NCBI RefSeq assembly: GCF_036365525.1
Contig: NC_090409.1
Location: 39,504,437-39,568,436 of the forward strand
DNA from: Heterodontus francisci
Lineage: Eukaryota
Direction of reading: 5' to 3'
DNA length: 64,000 nucleotides
The translations under genes and the position numbers were made by a program. The notes under the pieces were generated by a model. The model worked only from the letters and a program-made list of their open reading frames with translations, was not told where the DNA came from and made no database searches. Below, piece after piece: positions 12,200-24,700 of this stretch. Position 1 is the first letter of the stretch; each line of letters starts with the position of its first letter.

Positions 12200-13118
12200 T
12201 GTTTGGACCGAGGCGGGAGGAGTGCACTGTTAATTCAGTCCCGCTTCTCCACAGATCACAATATATTCTTTAAGTTTTCCATTTGTTGAAACAATTCCCC
12301 AGAATAAAACACACTAACCAGGTTTCTTTACTAAACAAAATTAACAGATTATAAAACAATTCTTAACTAGTAATGCAGTAAAATAATATCACAGATCAAA
12401 TTTTTAAATATCCAACATTAGATTTTAAAATGTCCCCTTTACCTTAGTTCCTTCACACTCACACATTCCTATACATAAATCAGTTAACTGGAAAAAGAAA
12501 AAGAATTTTTAGATTAGAGCTCTGTTACAGACAAAAACACAAATAGATCACGTGTCCACCCCAAAAAGAATAGCAGATGAGACTCACTGCACCAAAGAAG
12601 CAGACAGTCCAACGTCTAAGCAACTGTTACAGAAACTTCCAGAATTAGTTCTCTTCAGGCAGTGTTGAAAAGCAATTTAGCTGGCCTTGTTAAAATGCAG
12701 GAACATGACAAATTAACATGCTGAACTTCAGAGTCTTTGAGGGAATTGAGAGTAAAAGCACTGGGTTGTAGTCTTCTGTTCTTCCTTGGAATTCTTTCCT
12801 TTTTCTGTCCTTCTTTGGCACTTTAGTAGCACTTGACTTTTGTCTCCTTCCAGAAGGTATCACACACATGCACTGACTGACAACCAAACAGCTTGGCAGT
12901 TCTCTGCCCACCCAGATGTTCTCTGTTGTTACTGGGCTTGTCAATTTCTGCCCTTTGCCATGGCTTCTGTTCTAAGCCGAGCCCAACCAGGTGACAAACC
13001 GTTGCCAATCATCCCTCACTGTCTTCTTGAGTGAAAAACATTTAGCTTAATTTTAAATTCCTTTATTTTATTAAATAATTTTTTAAAAGTCACTTTCATA
13101 AAACCACTCGCTCATAAA
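12200..13118 (-). mobile_element. LTR paralogous to 1895-3019, without adjacent PBS or internal region
   Basis: Reverse-complement homology, including the LTR-end motif gtgggactgaattaacagtgcac. Confidence 0.55.
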
Positions 13119-13458
13119 GAGGATATTTTGGAAGTTACCATCTCACACAGGGAGTGATCAATGGGTTTCACAGCTGAAGTTGGTCCTGTGTGTTCCTGAG
13201 ACTGGGTTTGGACACAGTGTGTATCAGTAATACTGAGATATAATGTAATATCAATCGGACAGGTTTTCTAGTAAAGGGACAACACTGTCACTGGGTGATT
13301 ATCTCAAGACTCTGCTGGTCAGAGGGGTTTGTGCAGAGTGGGAAGTGATTGTTGATCCCGATCCTGAGCTCAGACTTTCCACCAGGATTCACTGGATAAC
13401 CACAATACTGGGCTGATTTTCCCCTCCCCGACCCAGGCTCAGTGCAGTGTAAACTCAG

Positions 13459-13633
13459 TTAGTGCTGGACAGCCCCGTTCCCCAGAAGGTTTTGTTCTCC
13501 AGCTGCTCCATTCTGATGCTCAGGTGCTGTTGTGAAACATGGGACCTTGTGACCTAAACAAGTCACCCCTGTCAAAGGGACGACATGAGATGCTTCATTT
13601 TGATTGATGCTGTGATGCTTTTGAACACAATTC
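13459..13633 (-). CDS. Paralog B terminal cytoplasmic exon
   Basis: ctcccag|G acceptor; (W)NCVQKHHSINQNEASHVVPLTGVTCLGHKVPCFTTAPEHQNGAAGEQNLLGNGAVQH*. Confidence 0.8.
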
Positions 13634-16600
13634 CTGGGAGAAAAAAAACAGCAGAGTTCAGGTTACATTAAAAGAATCCAACACTTTGTACAAGTGTGTA
13701 AAGGAGCTGTTCAGGAGCACAGACCGATTAAATTACACTCAACATCCTGGGCACCAATGGCAGCTGGAAAATGGGTCACAGGAGCTGCACGGTGATGGAG
13801 CACAGAGTGTAGAGGAGAGGAGGCTTATAGAGGAGGCAATGGGCAAGAGCTGGACACTCCACAGGACCTGTGCTGACCGAGGCACCAGACCAATAGAAAA
13901 ATGACAGCTCACCTCAACATTGGAGATTAAGAAGAATTGACGAGGATCTCGGTTAACACTGAGCTGAAGATGATGGGGATCAGATCAGACAGGAGGAGGC
14001 TGGGAATGTCTGTACTCTCCACACTGATCCTGAATTATTGAGAGGAGTCACAGATGGACAGGACATTCCCTGATGTGATCAAACCCGACCCAGCAGTGAC
14101 CAAACAGGCTGACGGAGGCAGAAATATTGTGATGGGGGAAAAAGAGTCAGAGGACAGAGTTAGAGAATCTGCAATAGTTTCCCCCCCACAACTGGCAGAT
14201 GGGTAAGAGATGGGCAGGGAGATGTGGATGTTGAGGGAGGCAGAGAAATGCAACATATTTTATTGTCAGTGATCAAAAGCACTGATGGTCAGGTCAAGGG
14301 ATGAGAGTGGACACAGGGTATATCACAGAAGCGGAGGTAGGTGGGATTTGAGTGATGGGGAGAATATGGAGTCAGAAGCACAGCTCAGGGTCTGATAGGA
14401 CTCAGAGGTTGTGAACAGTCTGGTTCAGCCTCAGACAGTGGCCAGGGAGGGGGATGGAGTCAGTGACTGGGGAACAGAGCAAGGATCAGAGGCTGGTGAA
14501 AAGTCAGAGGAGAGGGGCCAAGGGGATTTTAGGTGTAGGCTGGTGAGTTGTTTGCTGCAGAGATTAGGCGAGTGTCTATTAACTGTGTGATAGAGGGAGC
14601 CGCACATTCCTGCTCTTCACCTTCAGTTCATTAGCTAGAGGATGACAACAAGCTGGAAGTGACTGGATAATGCAGCATTGAAACATCCCACACAGCACAA
14701 AGTGTATCAGTGTACACAACATTTCCACAACACCAAATAGAATAAAACAAAACTAGAATTAACAATGGGAACTGCAGAACATTCTAGAACTCACCATCTT
14801 TGTCGCTTTTGGATTATGAAAACTATAAATCCCTGAAGAAGAAGAAGAAAAAGAATTCCGACAACCAATCCAACTACTGCTCCAGTAGAGGGTCCAGGAC
14901 CTAGAGACAGAATGAAGCCGTTAACAGACTGCGACACACTAAACAAAACTAACAGCAGAGACTGTCAGCACCTAGTGTTTCAGAACCATCCCCAGTACAA
15001 ACACATCCCTGGTCAATTCTAGTCCTGGAGGGATGTGGGAGATTAAACACCAATAAACAGCCGCAGACACAGGAAGCCACCCCACAGCTCGACTTTCTTA
15101 CACACCCACAATGTGATCAATATATGGTTTCCAATGGAGATAACCAGACCCTGACCAGCAGCAGCCTCCCTTTAATTAAACCCAACAGCCCGCTGAAATA
15201 AAGCAGGAATTTAAAATAATTTGCCGTTTGGGTAAACCACAGGATTGGATGGAACGCTGGTTTACAGTGGGATCAGTATTACTTTCCACTGACTTCAATG
15301 CTGAGGAGTCCTGGGGCCTATGGGGAACCGGTGGGGTGTAGTGGGACTGTTACTGGACTAGTACTCCAGAGCCCAGGTGAATGCTCTGGGGACAGGGGTT
15401 TGAATCCCACCCACAGCAGATGGTGAAATTTGAATTTAATTAATAAAATCAGTAATTTAAAATAAAAAGCTAGAATAATGGTGACCATGAAAACAGTCGA
15501 TTTGTTCATGAATGTCCTTCAGAGAAAGAAATCTGCTGGTCTGGCCTACACGTAACTCCAGACTCACAGCAATATGGTTAACTCTGAACTGCCCTCTGAA
15601 ATGGCCGAGCAAGCCACTCAGTTCAACAGCAATTAGGGATGGGCAATAAATGCTGGCCTGGCCAGTGACGCAGACATCCCACTAACATGAATAAAATAAA
15701 ACAAAGTGACTGCTGACAATGCAACCCACTGCCAACATCAGAGTGCTCCCAGCTTCACACATGTGCAGATCAGAGTCTTGCTGTTAGTACAGTGCTGCCC
15801 ATGTGCAGTCTACGTCAGCACCCGGTTTACCAGGACTTATTCATGTCTACGCTCAAACATCATTGTGTACTGCAATGTCTGCTCACCGCTCACCCCCAGC
15901 CTCGCTTCATCTCCCCTCCCCACCCCACCCACTCACTCCACACTTCACACCTCCACCTATCTGTGGGCCATTCACTCCAGCCTCCCCACTCCCTCTGCCA
16001 CCCCACGATTGCTGCCTTTCTTCCTCGCACAGAGACAGAAAAGATAAGCAGGGGAGGAGAGGGGGAGGGGAGCAGAGGGATGGCAGAGGGAATGAAGCAG
16101 CGATGCCAGGAGCAAGTGGTGAGTAGACTGCTGCGGTAGGCAGCGATGATGGCAGGAGGGAGCGAGGTACTGATGGAGGTGGCGACGGCAGGAGGGAGCG
16201 AGGTACTGATGGAGGTGGCGATGTCAGGAGGGAGCGAGGTACTGCTGGGGGTCGGATGGAGGTCGTGATGTCAGGAGGGAGCGAGGTACTGCTGGGGGTG
16301 GGATGGACGTGGCAAAGGCAGGAGGGAGCGAGGTACTGTTGGGGGTGGGATGGAGGTGACGAAGGCAGGAGGGAGCGAGGTACTGATTGAGGTGGCGAAG
16401 GCAGGAGGGAGCGAGGTACTGATGGAGGTGGGATGGAGGTAGTGATGTCAGGAGGGAACGAGGTACTGTTGGGGGTAGGATGGAGGTAGCGAAGGCAGGA
16501 GGGAGCGAGGTACTGATGGGGGTGGGATGGAGGTGGCGAAGGCAGGAGGGAGCGAGGTACTGATGGAGGTGGCGATGGCAGGAGGGAGCGAGGTACTGCT

Positions 16601-19600
16601 GGGGGTGGGATGGAGGTGGCGATGGCAGGAGGGAGCGAGGTACTGATGGGGGTGGGATGGAGGTGGCGAAGGCAGGAGGGAGCGAGGTACTGATGGAGGT
16701 GGCGATGGCAGGAGGGAGCGAGGTACTGCTGGGGGTGGGATGGCGATGTCAGGAGGGAGCGAGGTATTGCTGGGGGTGGGATGGAGGTGGTGATGGCAGG
16801 AGGGAGCGAGGTACTGTTGGGGGTGGGATGGAGATGGCGATGGCAGGAGGGAGCGAGGTACTGTTGGGGGTGTGATGGAGGCAGTGATCACAGCCACTGT
16901 GGGCATTTGTGTTTCATTTGTTTTGTGATAAATTGAGCGTCGCCATCTTTATTACTGGCAGCTGCCAAAAAAGGTCACAGACAGCGACGTTTCAGTGGAT
17001 CAGGCTGCATTTTCACATATGCAAGTATTGCGACACCTAGTGGATGAATTGTCAGAAAATGCAGCAAAAGAATAAAAAACTCCCTCCTGACTGTATACCA
17101 CTGTGCCCCCACCTCGGGTGGGTCTGTCCTGCCAGTGGGACAAGACATACCCAGGGATGGTGATAGAGGAGTCTGGGATGTAGGGTTGATTCTGTGAGTG
17201 TGACTGTCTCACACAGCTCGCCCAACATGGAGACCAGTCTCCAGAGGTCAGTGAGGGGGACTTTGCAGTGTTGACTGGGCTGGGTTTGCCTTTGCTGTGT
17301 CCTTATTCGATTCCTGGGTCACAGCCAGTGGGCCAGTTTTATTCTTGTTTTTCTTTCTAGTGGTTTGATACAAACTGATTGAAGTGGCCGAGCAAATCAG
17401 AGGGCAGTTAAAAGTCAACCAGGTTAATGTGGGACAGGAGTCACATATAGACCAGACCGGGTAAGGACGGCAGGTTTCCTTCCCGAGAGGGACATTAGTG
17501 AACCAGTTGGGTTTTCCAACAATCCAACAGCTTCATGGTCACTTTTATTGGGACCAACTTTATATTTCCAGATTTATTTTAAACTGAATTTCAATTCTGA
17601 AAGTGCCATGGTGGGATTTGAAGCCACGTTCTCTAGATTATTAGTCCAGGCCTCTGGATTACTAGTCGAGTAACATAACCACTGCACTGCCGTACCCATA
17701 AAATCAGAGAGTAAATGCAGAATACCTGAAACAGAAACCTCTCACCTGTTACAGAGAGATGGACTGAATCAGTTTGTTGCCATTGATAGTGCTCACCGAT
17801 CCTCTTGTAAATCTGACACTGATACTCATTCTGGTCTGACTGCCTGAGGTCAGAGATCATTAGTGACCAGTTGCCTTGTTCCAGTTGATCTTGGAACAGG
17901 TTTGTTCTGTTTCTGAACTGTGGGTCTTGTTGTGTTAAATCATCGTTCCCATCGATAAACTTGTGTAAAATTTCACGATTGGATATCCACCAAATTACCT
18001 GTAATTCAGAGACTGGGACATTCCCTTTGTAGATACAGGGCAGCACAACCTGCTCCCCAAGGAACCCAGAAACTGGAAAAGATTGAAAGTATTTATCCAC
18101 AGATATAACCTCCCTGCTGGTACATTCCATCCCAAGCTTCACATGGTTACACTGCGATGCTTGATTTACAAGAAGCACTGATCAGTAACTCACTGCTTTC
18201 ATTTCTGTGGGAAGGTTAAAGGTCAGCAATGCAGTATTTATAATGACAAGTCTCCAGTACAGTGTACACTATTCTTGTCATTTTTAAAATGGAAACATCT
18301 CCGTGTCACACACTGAAACAAGTAAATATCTACATTTTTACAATTTAACGCTGGTTTTACAACTGGGTCAATATTACTTGCCGTTGACCTCAATTAGCAT
18401 TGCACCAATCCCAGTTTCCCAACTGGAGGGTTCGGTTAAAATTGTACCGAATCTTTTCACAGACTCCCAGAAACACTGATGCTAGTGGGAAGCAGGAATC
18501 CTCAGAGTTCTGTATCAGAGGGACAGGAAGGTGAGTCTCAGAAACAGAAATAACAATTGCAGGTAGTTTAAGGAGCAGTTACAGGTAACGGTGTCCCACA
18601 TCACTCACTCTCACAGAATCATTCATTGGTAAAATATCACAGCATTTCAAACCTTCCAATATTACTACCTGTCTATCCAGCATGATCAAATGTAAAATCT
18701 AAAAACACATGCAGTAGTTTAGAAATAGATTTACCTGGTACAGGTGTGTTCGGTACAGGTGTACGAGCTCGCTCTAAAGAAAACATCATGTGTTTAGTAT
18801 TGTGTGTGAAACAAACTGCAGAAATGTTCAAAGACTCTATCGGGCTGGAGGGAAACACATCCCGGGAGGAACGAGACTTGGGTCAAACTGATCAGGAACA
18901 GGGTCGGCAGAGTGAAAAATCCAACAGGATTGCATTCACTTTGAGGGATAGAATGGAAGTTTTCCAGAGTTACCCCCAACAGGATCATTCCCAGCAGACT
19001 ACACCCACCTGTGGAGAGAATTCCCACAGGATCCTGGGCGACTGGGATACACTTTCAAGGTAAGTGCACTGGGTCTTGTAAAGGCTGCCTGAGGGGTGCT
19101 ATGGACCCCACCTCCTGCACCCCAACATCTGGAGACAGATGGAGCACGTTTCTGGAGAGTGAGAGCAGCTTGATAGCACCGTTAACTCCTTCCATCACCC
19201 AGTTTAGCAGCTCTGTCCTTCAGGGCTCAGCCAGCTCGGTCAGTGGTGGGATTACAGAGTGACCCTTGGTGATGGAAAGTGAAGTCCCCACTCAGTACAT
19301 TCTGTGTCCTTGTTACCCTCAGTGCTTCCTCCAAGTGGTGTTCAACATGGAGGAGAACTGATTCATCAGCTGAGGGAGGGCAGTAGGTGGGAATCAGCAG
19401 GAGGTCTCCAGGCCCATGTTTGACCTGAAGCTGTGAGATTTCATGGGGTTCAGAGTCAATGTTGAGGAGTCCTGGGGTCACTGACTCCAGACTGGATACC
19501 ACTGTGTCCCCACCTCTGGTGGGTCTGTCCTGCAGGTGCGACAGAACATACCCAGGGATGGTGATAGAGGGGTCTGGGATGTCGGGTTGATTCTGTGATG

Positions 19601-21705
19601 ATGACTCTGTCACACAGCTCTCCCAACATGGACACCAGTCTCCAGATGTCAGTGAGGGGAACATGGCAGTGTCAACTGGGCTGCATTTGCCTTTGCTGTG
19701 TCCTGATTCAATATGTGTGTCACAGCCAGTGGGCCGTTCAATTTTATTCCTGTTTTCCTTTCCAGTGGTTTGATACAAACTGATTGAAGTGGCCGAGCAG
19801 GTCAGAGGGCAGTTAAAAGTCAACCAGGTTAATGTGGGACTGGAGTCATATAGACCAGACCGGGTAAGGACGGCAGGTTTCCTTCCCGAGAGGGACATTA
19901 ATGAACTGAATTTAAATTCAGTTCAAAATAAATCTGGAAATTTTAAATTCTGAAAGTGCCATGGTGGGATTTGAACTCAAGTTCTCGGGATTATTAGACC
20001 AGGCCTCTGGATTACTAGTCTAGTAACATAACCACTGCACTACTGCACCCATAAAATCAGAGAGTAAATGCAGAATACCTGAAACAGAATCCTCTCACCT
20101 GTTACAGAGAGATGGACAACTTGATGAAAGACTGGACTCGACCTCTGCAGAATCTGACATCGATACTCATTCTGGTCTGACTGCCTGAGGTCAGAGATCA
20201 TGAGTGACCAGTTGCCTTGTTCCAGTTGATCTTTGAACAGGTTTGTTCTGTTTCTGAACTGTGGGTCTTGTTGTGTTAAATCATCGTTCCCATCGACAAA
20301 ATTATGTAAAACTCCGCGCTTGAATATCCACCAAATTACCTGTAACTCAGAGACTGGGACATTCCCTTTGTAGGTACAGGGCAGCACAACCTGCTCCCCA
20401 AGGAACCCAGAAACTGAGTAACCTGGAAAAGATTGAAAGTATTTATCCACAGATATAACCTCCCTGCTGGTACATTCCATCCCAAGCTCCACATGGTTAC
20501 ACTGCGATGCTTGATTTACAAGAAGCATTGATCAGTAACTCACTGCTTTCATTTCTGTGGGAAGGTTAAAGGTCAGGCATTAAGGGCCTTCAACTAAAAC
20601 CAGCTTGTGCTGGATATTTGTATCCACAGAGCAGCTGGACAGCACTTTGAATCGTGTGTTTCCCATTGTACACATGCTGGGAGAACACATCAGGATCTTG
20701 GTCACCCTGCCCACCTCCCCCCTTTGGGAGAACAATGACAGACTGGGGGTGCACAATGTGAGGTGGAGCTCAGGAGCAGAAAACTGACCCTGAAATGTAA
20801 AGACAGGAACGGGTGGGGGAGGGGGTACCCGAGGATGTGGAAAGGGCTTTGGACAGGTTGGGGGGACAATGACGGATGAGTACACTGTGTAGGGGGTGAG
20901 GCAGCACCTGATGGTCTGAAAGGGGCCGAGGCAATGTGGATCCTCACCTCTCCACCACTAACCTGTCAGACCTTGCTCCTCACCCTAATACGGCCAGACT
21001 CTGCCCCCTCCCAGGACCCAAAACACAATCCCCAATCCTGATGACCCTACTCCCCATGCTCAGAGGCAATTCCCAGTTCTATTTGATCCAGGACTGTCCC
21101 AGACTCCTGATCCCAGTGCTCAGGACCCCATCCCAGTACCACTGGACCCCAGTCACCCATCCCAGTGTCACTGAGTGTTGCTCAGTGTCCAGATTCCACT
21201 GTTCACATCACAGGGGTTAATCTGAAGACATTAACTGCCTTCCTTTCAGGTCTCATGATCATTATGTGTAATGTGAATCGACTGTGTCCACTCCCTCAAT
21301 GGGCCCACTCACAGTGAACACAGCACCTTAAAGCAAGATGAATTCCTGATATAATGAAGACTATTCCCCAGTAATATACACATTACTGATTTCAGTCCCA
21401 GACACCCAGACAAATGTTCTTTCCAGGAGATAGCTAACTGCAGTCTGTATAAATTCACAAGGTTAGCACCATCCAGGAAGATAAATCCTGATATAATCCA
21501 TGTCACCAGCAGCCCCGAACTCTGCTGAAATGTGAGAGCAGTCACAGCGTTTACCTGAAACAGCAGCAACAGCATTTAACAGCAGCAGCAGGAGGAGGAG
21601 TTTCTGTAAGTTGGGTCCCTGCAACAAGAAAACACAGTTACCCCCCTTTACCACAGTTTCTTGCTGCTCATGTCCATTACTGAGCCGGGACAGGACACAG
21701 TCCAT
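13459..21705 (-). CDS. Spliced 6-exon gene: B7/CD276/butyrophilin-like type I membrane protein with two IgV domains (paralog B, 373 aa)
   Basis: Exons of 151+324+39+327+106+175 = 1122 nt. All junctions GT-AG and phase-compatible (1,1,1,1,2). No internal stop. Architecture: signal peptide, V, linker, V, TM, tail. Confidence 0.85.
14795..14900 (-). CDS. Paralog B transmembrane exon
   Basis: ctag|GT ... TG|gtgagt; (G)PGPSTGAVVGLVVGILFLLLLQGFIVFIIQKRQR(W). Confidence 0.85.
15330..15705 (+). mobile_element. tRNA-derived SINE; related copies on - strand at ~17380-17695 and ~19790-20050
   Basis: A-box/B-box-like head (ggtggggtgtagtgg...ggtttgaatccc), LINE-derived tail gggatgggcaataaatgctggc, A-rich end. 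Confidence 0.6.
16140..16880. repeat. Intronic G-rich minisatellite (~36/48-bp units, core GGCAGGAGGGAGCGAGGTACTG)
   Basis: About 17 tandem imperfect copies seen directly. Confidence 0.9.
17746..18072 (-). CDS. Paralog B second IgV exon (B7-like V-set)
   Basis: ttttccag| ... |gtgag, 327 nt, phase 1-1. VVLPC..VIWW..QDPQFRNRTNLFQDQLEQGNWSLMISDLRQSDQNEYQC: canonical B-strand C, C-strand W, F-strand DxxxYxC. Confidence 0.92.
18735..18773 (-). CDS. Paralog B 39-nt Pro/Thr-rich linker micro-exon
   Basis: tttctttag| ... CAG|gtaaat; (E)RARTPVPNTPVP; phase 1-1. Confidence 0.7.
18840..19700 (-). mobile_element. CR1/L2-group LINE endonuclease fragment (family also at ~17080-17260 -, ~11050-11305 +, ~46510-47085 +)
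   Basis: ITIPGYVLSHLQDRPTRGG..LLIPTYCPPSADESVL..GDF APE-like motifs. Confidence 0.75.
20099..20422 (-). CDS. Paralog B first IgV exon (B7-like V-set)
   Basis: ttttccag|GT ... CAG|gtgag, 324 nt, phase 1-1. GYSVSGFLGEQVVLPCTYKG..FRNRTNLFKDQLEQGNWSLMISDLRQSDQNEYRC..VHLSVT. Confidence 0.92.
21555..21705 (-). CDS. Leader (signal peptide) exon 1
   Basis: ACCATGG start; MDCVLSRLSNGHEQQETVVKGGNCVFLLQGPNLQKLLLLLLLLNAVAAVS; G|gtaaac phase-1 donor matching the V exon. Exact start is ambiguous because in-frame ATGs also lie upstream in the repeat. Confidence 0.8.
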
Positions 21706-24700
21706 GGTCCCTCTCCCCATTACTGACCTCCCTCCCTCCCGGATCTGAGACACATTGAGACCGGGAGCAGCCCTGACACAGTCCATGGTCCCTCTCCCCA
21801 TTACTGACCCTCCCTCCCTCCCTCCCGGCTCTGAGACACATTGAGACCGGGAGCAGCCCTGACACAGTCCATGGTCCCTCTCCCCATTACTGACCCCCCT
21901 CCCTCCCGGCTCTGAGACACATTGAGACTGGGAGCAGCCCTGACACAGTCCATGGTCCCTCTCCCCATTACTGACCCTCCCTCCCTCCCGGCTCTGAGAC
22001 ACATTGAGACCGGGAGCAGCCCTGACACAGTCCATGGTCCCTCTCCCCATTACTGACCCCCCTCCCTCCCGGCTCTGAGACACATTGAGACCGGGAGCAG
22101 CCCTGACACAGTCCATGGTCCCTCTCCCCATTACTGACCCTCCCTCCCTCCCTCCCGGCTCTGAGACACATTGAGACCGGGAGCAGCCCTGACACAGTCC
22201 ATGGTCCCACTCCCCATTACTGACCCTCCTCCCTCCCGGCTCTGAGACACATTGAGACCGGGAGCAGCCCTGACACAGTCCATGGTCCCTCTCCCCATTA
22301 CTGACCCTCCCTCCCTCCCTCCCGCCTCTGAGACACATTGAGACCGGGAGCAGCCCTGACACAGTCCATGGTCCCTCTCCCCATTACTGACCCTCCCTCC
22401 CTCCCTCCCGGCTCTGAGACACATTGAGACCGGGAGCAGCCCTGACACAGTCCATGGTCCCTCTCCCCATTACTGACCCCCCTCCTTCCCGGCTCTGAGA
22501 CACATTGAGACCGGGAGCAGCCCTGACACAGTACATGGTCCCTCTCCCCATTACTAACCCTCCCTCCCGGCTCTGAGACACATCGAGACCGGGAGCAGCC
22601 CTGACACAGTCCATGGTCCCTCTCCCCATTACTGACCCCCCTCCCTCCCGGCTCTGAGACACATTGAGACCGGGAGCAGCCCTGACAGTCCATGGTCCCT
22701 CTCCCCATTACTGACCCCCCTCCCTCCCGGCTCTGAGACACATTGAGACCGGGAGCAGCCCTGACACAGTCCATGGTCCCACTCCCCATTACTGACCCCC
22801 CTCCCTCCCGGCTCTGAGACACATTGAGACCGGGAGCAGCCCTGACACAGTCCATGGTCCCTCTCCCCATTACTGACCCCCCTCCCTCCCGGCTCTGAGA
22901 CACATTGAGACCGGGAGCAGCCCTGACACAGTCCATGGTCCCACTCCCCATTACTGACCCCCCTCCCTCCCGGCTCTGAGACACATTGAGACCGGGAGCA
23001 GCCCTGACACAGTCCATGGTCCCGCTCCCCATTACTGACCCCCCTCCCTCCCGGCTCTGAGACACATTGAGACCGGGAGCAGCCCTGACACAGTCCATGG
23101 TCCCTCTCCCCATTACTGACCCCCCTCCCGGCTCTGAGACACATTGAGACCGGGAGCAGCCCTGACACAGTCCATGGTCCCTCTCCCCATTACTGACCCC
23201 CCTCCCTCCCGGCTCTGAGACACATTGAGACCGGGAGCAGCCCTGACACAGTCCATGGTCCCACTCCCCATTACTGACCCCCCTCCCTCCCGGCTCTGAG
23301 ACACATTGAGACCGGGAGCAGCCCTGACACAGTCCATGGTCCCTCTCCCCATTACTGACCCCCCTCCCTCCCGGCTCTGAGACACATTGAGACCGGGAGC
23401 AGCCCTGACACAGTCCATGGTCCCACTCCCCATTACTGACCCCCCTCCCTCCCGGCTCTGAGACACATTGAGACCGGGAGCAGCCCTGACACAGTCCATG
23501 GTCCCGCTCCCCATTACTGACCCCCCTCCCTCCCGGCTCTGAGACACATTGAGACCGGGAGCAGCCCTGACACAGTCCATGGTCCCTCTCCCCATTACTG
23601 ACCCCCCTGCCTCCCGGCTCTGAGACACATTGAGACCGGGAGCAGCCCTGACACAGTCCATGGTCCCACTCCCCATTACTGACCCCCCTCCCTCCCGGCT
23701 CTGAGACACATTGAGACCGGGAGCAGCCCTGACACAGTCCATGGTCCCGCTCCCCATTACTGACCCCCCTCCCTCCCGGCTCTGAGACACATTGAGACCG
23801 GGAGCAGCCCTGACACAGTCCATGGTCCCGCTCCCCATTACTGACCCTCCTCCCTCCCGGCTCTGAGACACATTGAGACCAGGAGCAGCCCTGACACAGT
23901 CCATGGTCCCTCTCCCCATTACTGACCTCCCTCCCGGCTCTGAGACACATTGAGACCGGGAGCAGCCCTGACACAGTCCATGGTCCCTCTCCCCATTACT
24001 GACCCCCCTCCCTCCCGGCTCTGAGACACATTGAGACCGGGAGCAGCCCTGACACAGTCCATGGTCCCACTCCCCATTACTGACCCCCCTCCCTCCCGGC
24101 CCTGACACAGTCCATGGTGCCTCTCCCCATTACTGACCCCCCTCCCTCCCGGCTCTGAGACACATTGAGACCGGGAGCAGCCCTGACACAGTCCATGGTC
24201 CCTCTCCCCATTACTGACCCCCCTCCCTCCCGGCTCTGAGACACATTGAGACCGGGAGCAGCCCTGACACAGTCCATGGTCCCTCTCCCCATTACTGACC
24301 CCCCTCCCTCCCGGCTCTGAGACACATTGAGACCGGGAGCAGCCCTGACACAGTCCATGGTCCCTCTCCCCATTACTGACCCTCCCTCCCGGCTCTGAGA
24401 CACATTGAGACCGGGAGCAGCCCTGACACAGTCCATGGTCCCACTCCCCATTACTGACCCCCCTCCCTCCCGGCTCTGAGACACATTGAGACCGGGAGCA
24501 GCCCTGACACAGTCCATGGTCCCGCTCCCCATTACTGACCCCCCTCCCTCCCGGCTCTGAGACACATTGAGACCGGGAGCAGCCCTGACACAGTCCATGG
24601 TCCCTCTCCCCATTACTGACCCCCCCTCCCTCCCGGCTCTGAGACACATTGAGACCGGGAGCAGCCCTGACACAGTCCATGGTCCCACTCCCCATTACTG

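Noticed and set aside
13459-14900. ITIM/ITAM, charged TM residue or B30.2 domain
   Set aside because: The tails contain no tyrosine, the TM has no Lys/Arg/Asp, and no PRY-SPRY exon was found.
16448-16906. Proline-rich ORFs here and at 34679-35040
   Set aside because: Translations of low-complexity G/C tracts with no splice or homology support.
17633-18178. ORF-track starts and ends for the IgV ORFs (also 20040..20528)
   Set aside because: The N- and C-terminal extensions are intron read-through; true boundaries are the splice sites listed.
17746-20422. Rearranging Ig/TCR/NAR V segments
   Set aside because: Each exon already encodes the G strand and ends in a splice donor. No heptamer-spacer-nonamer after the YxC, no J-type FGxG/WGxG, no D/J/C segments seen.
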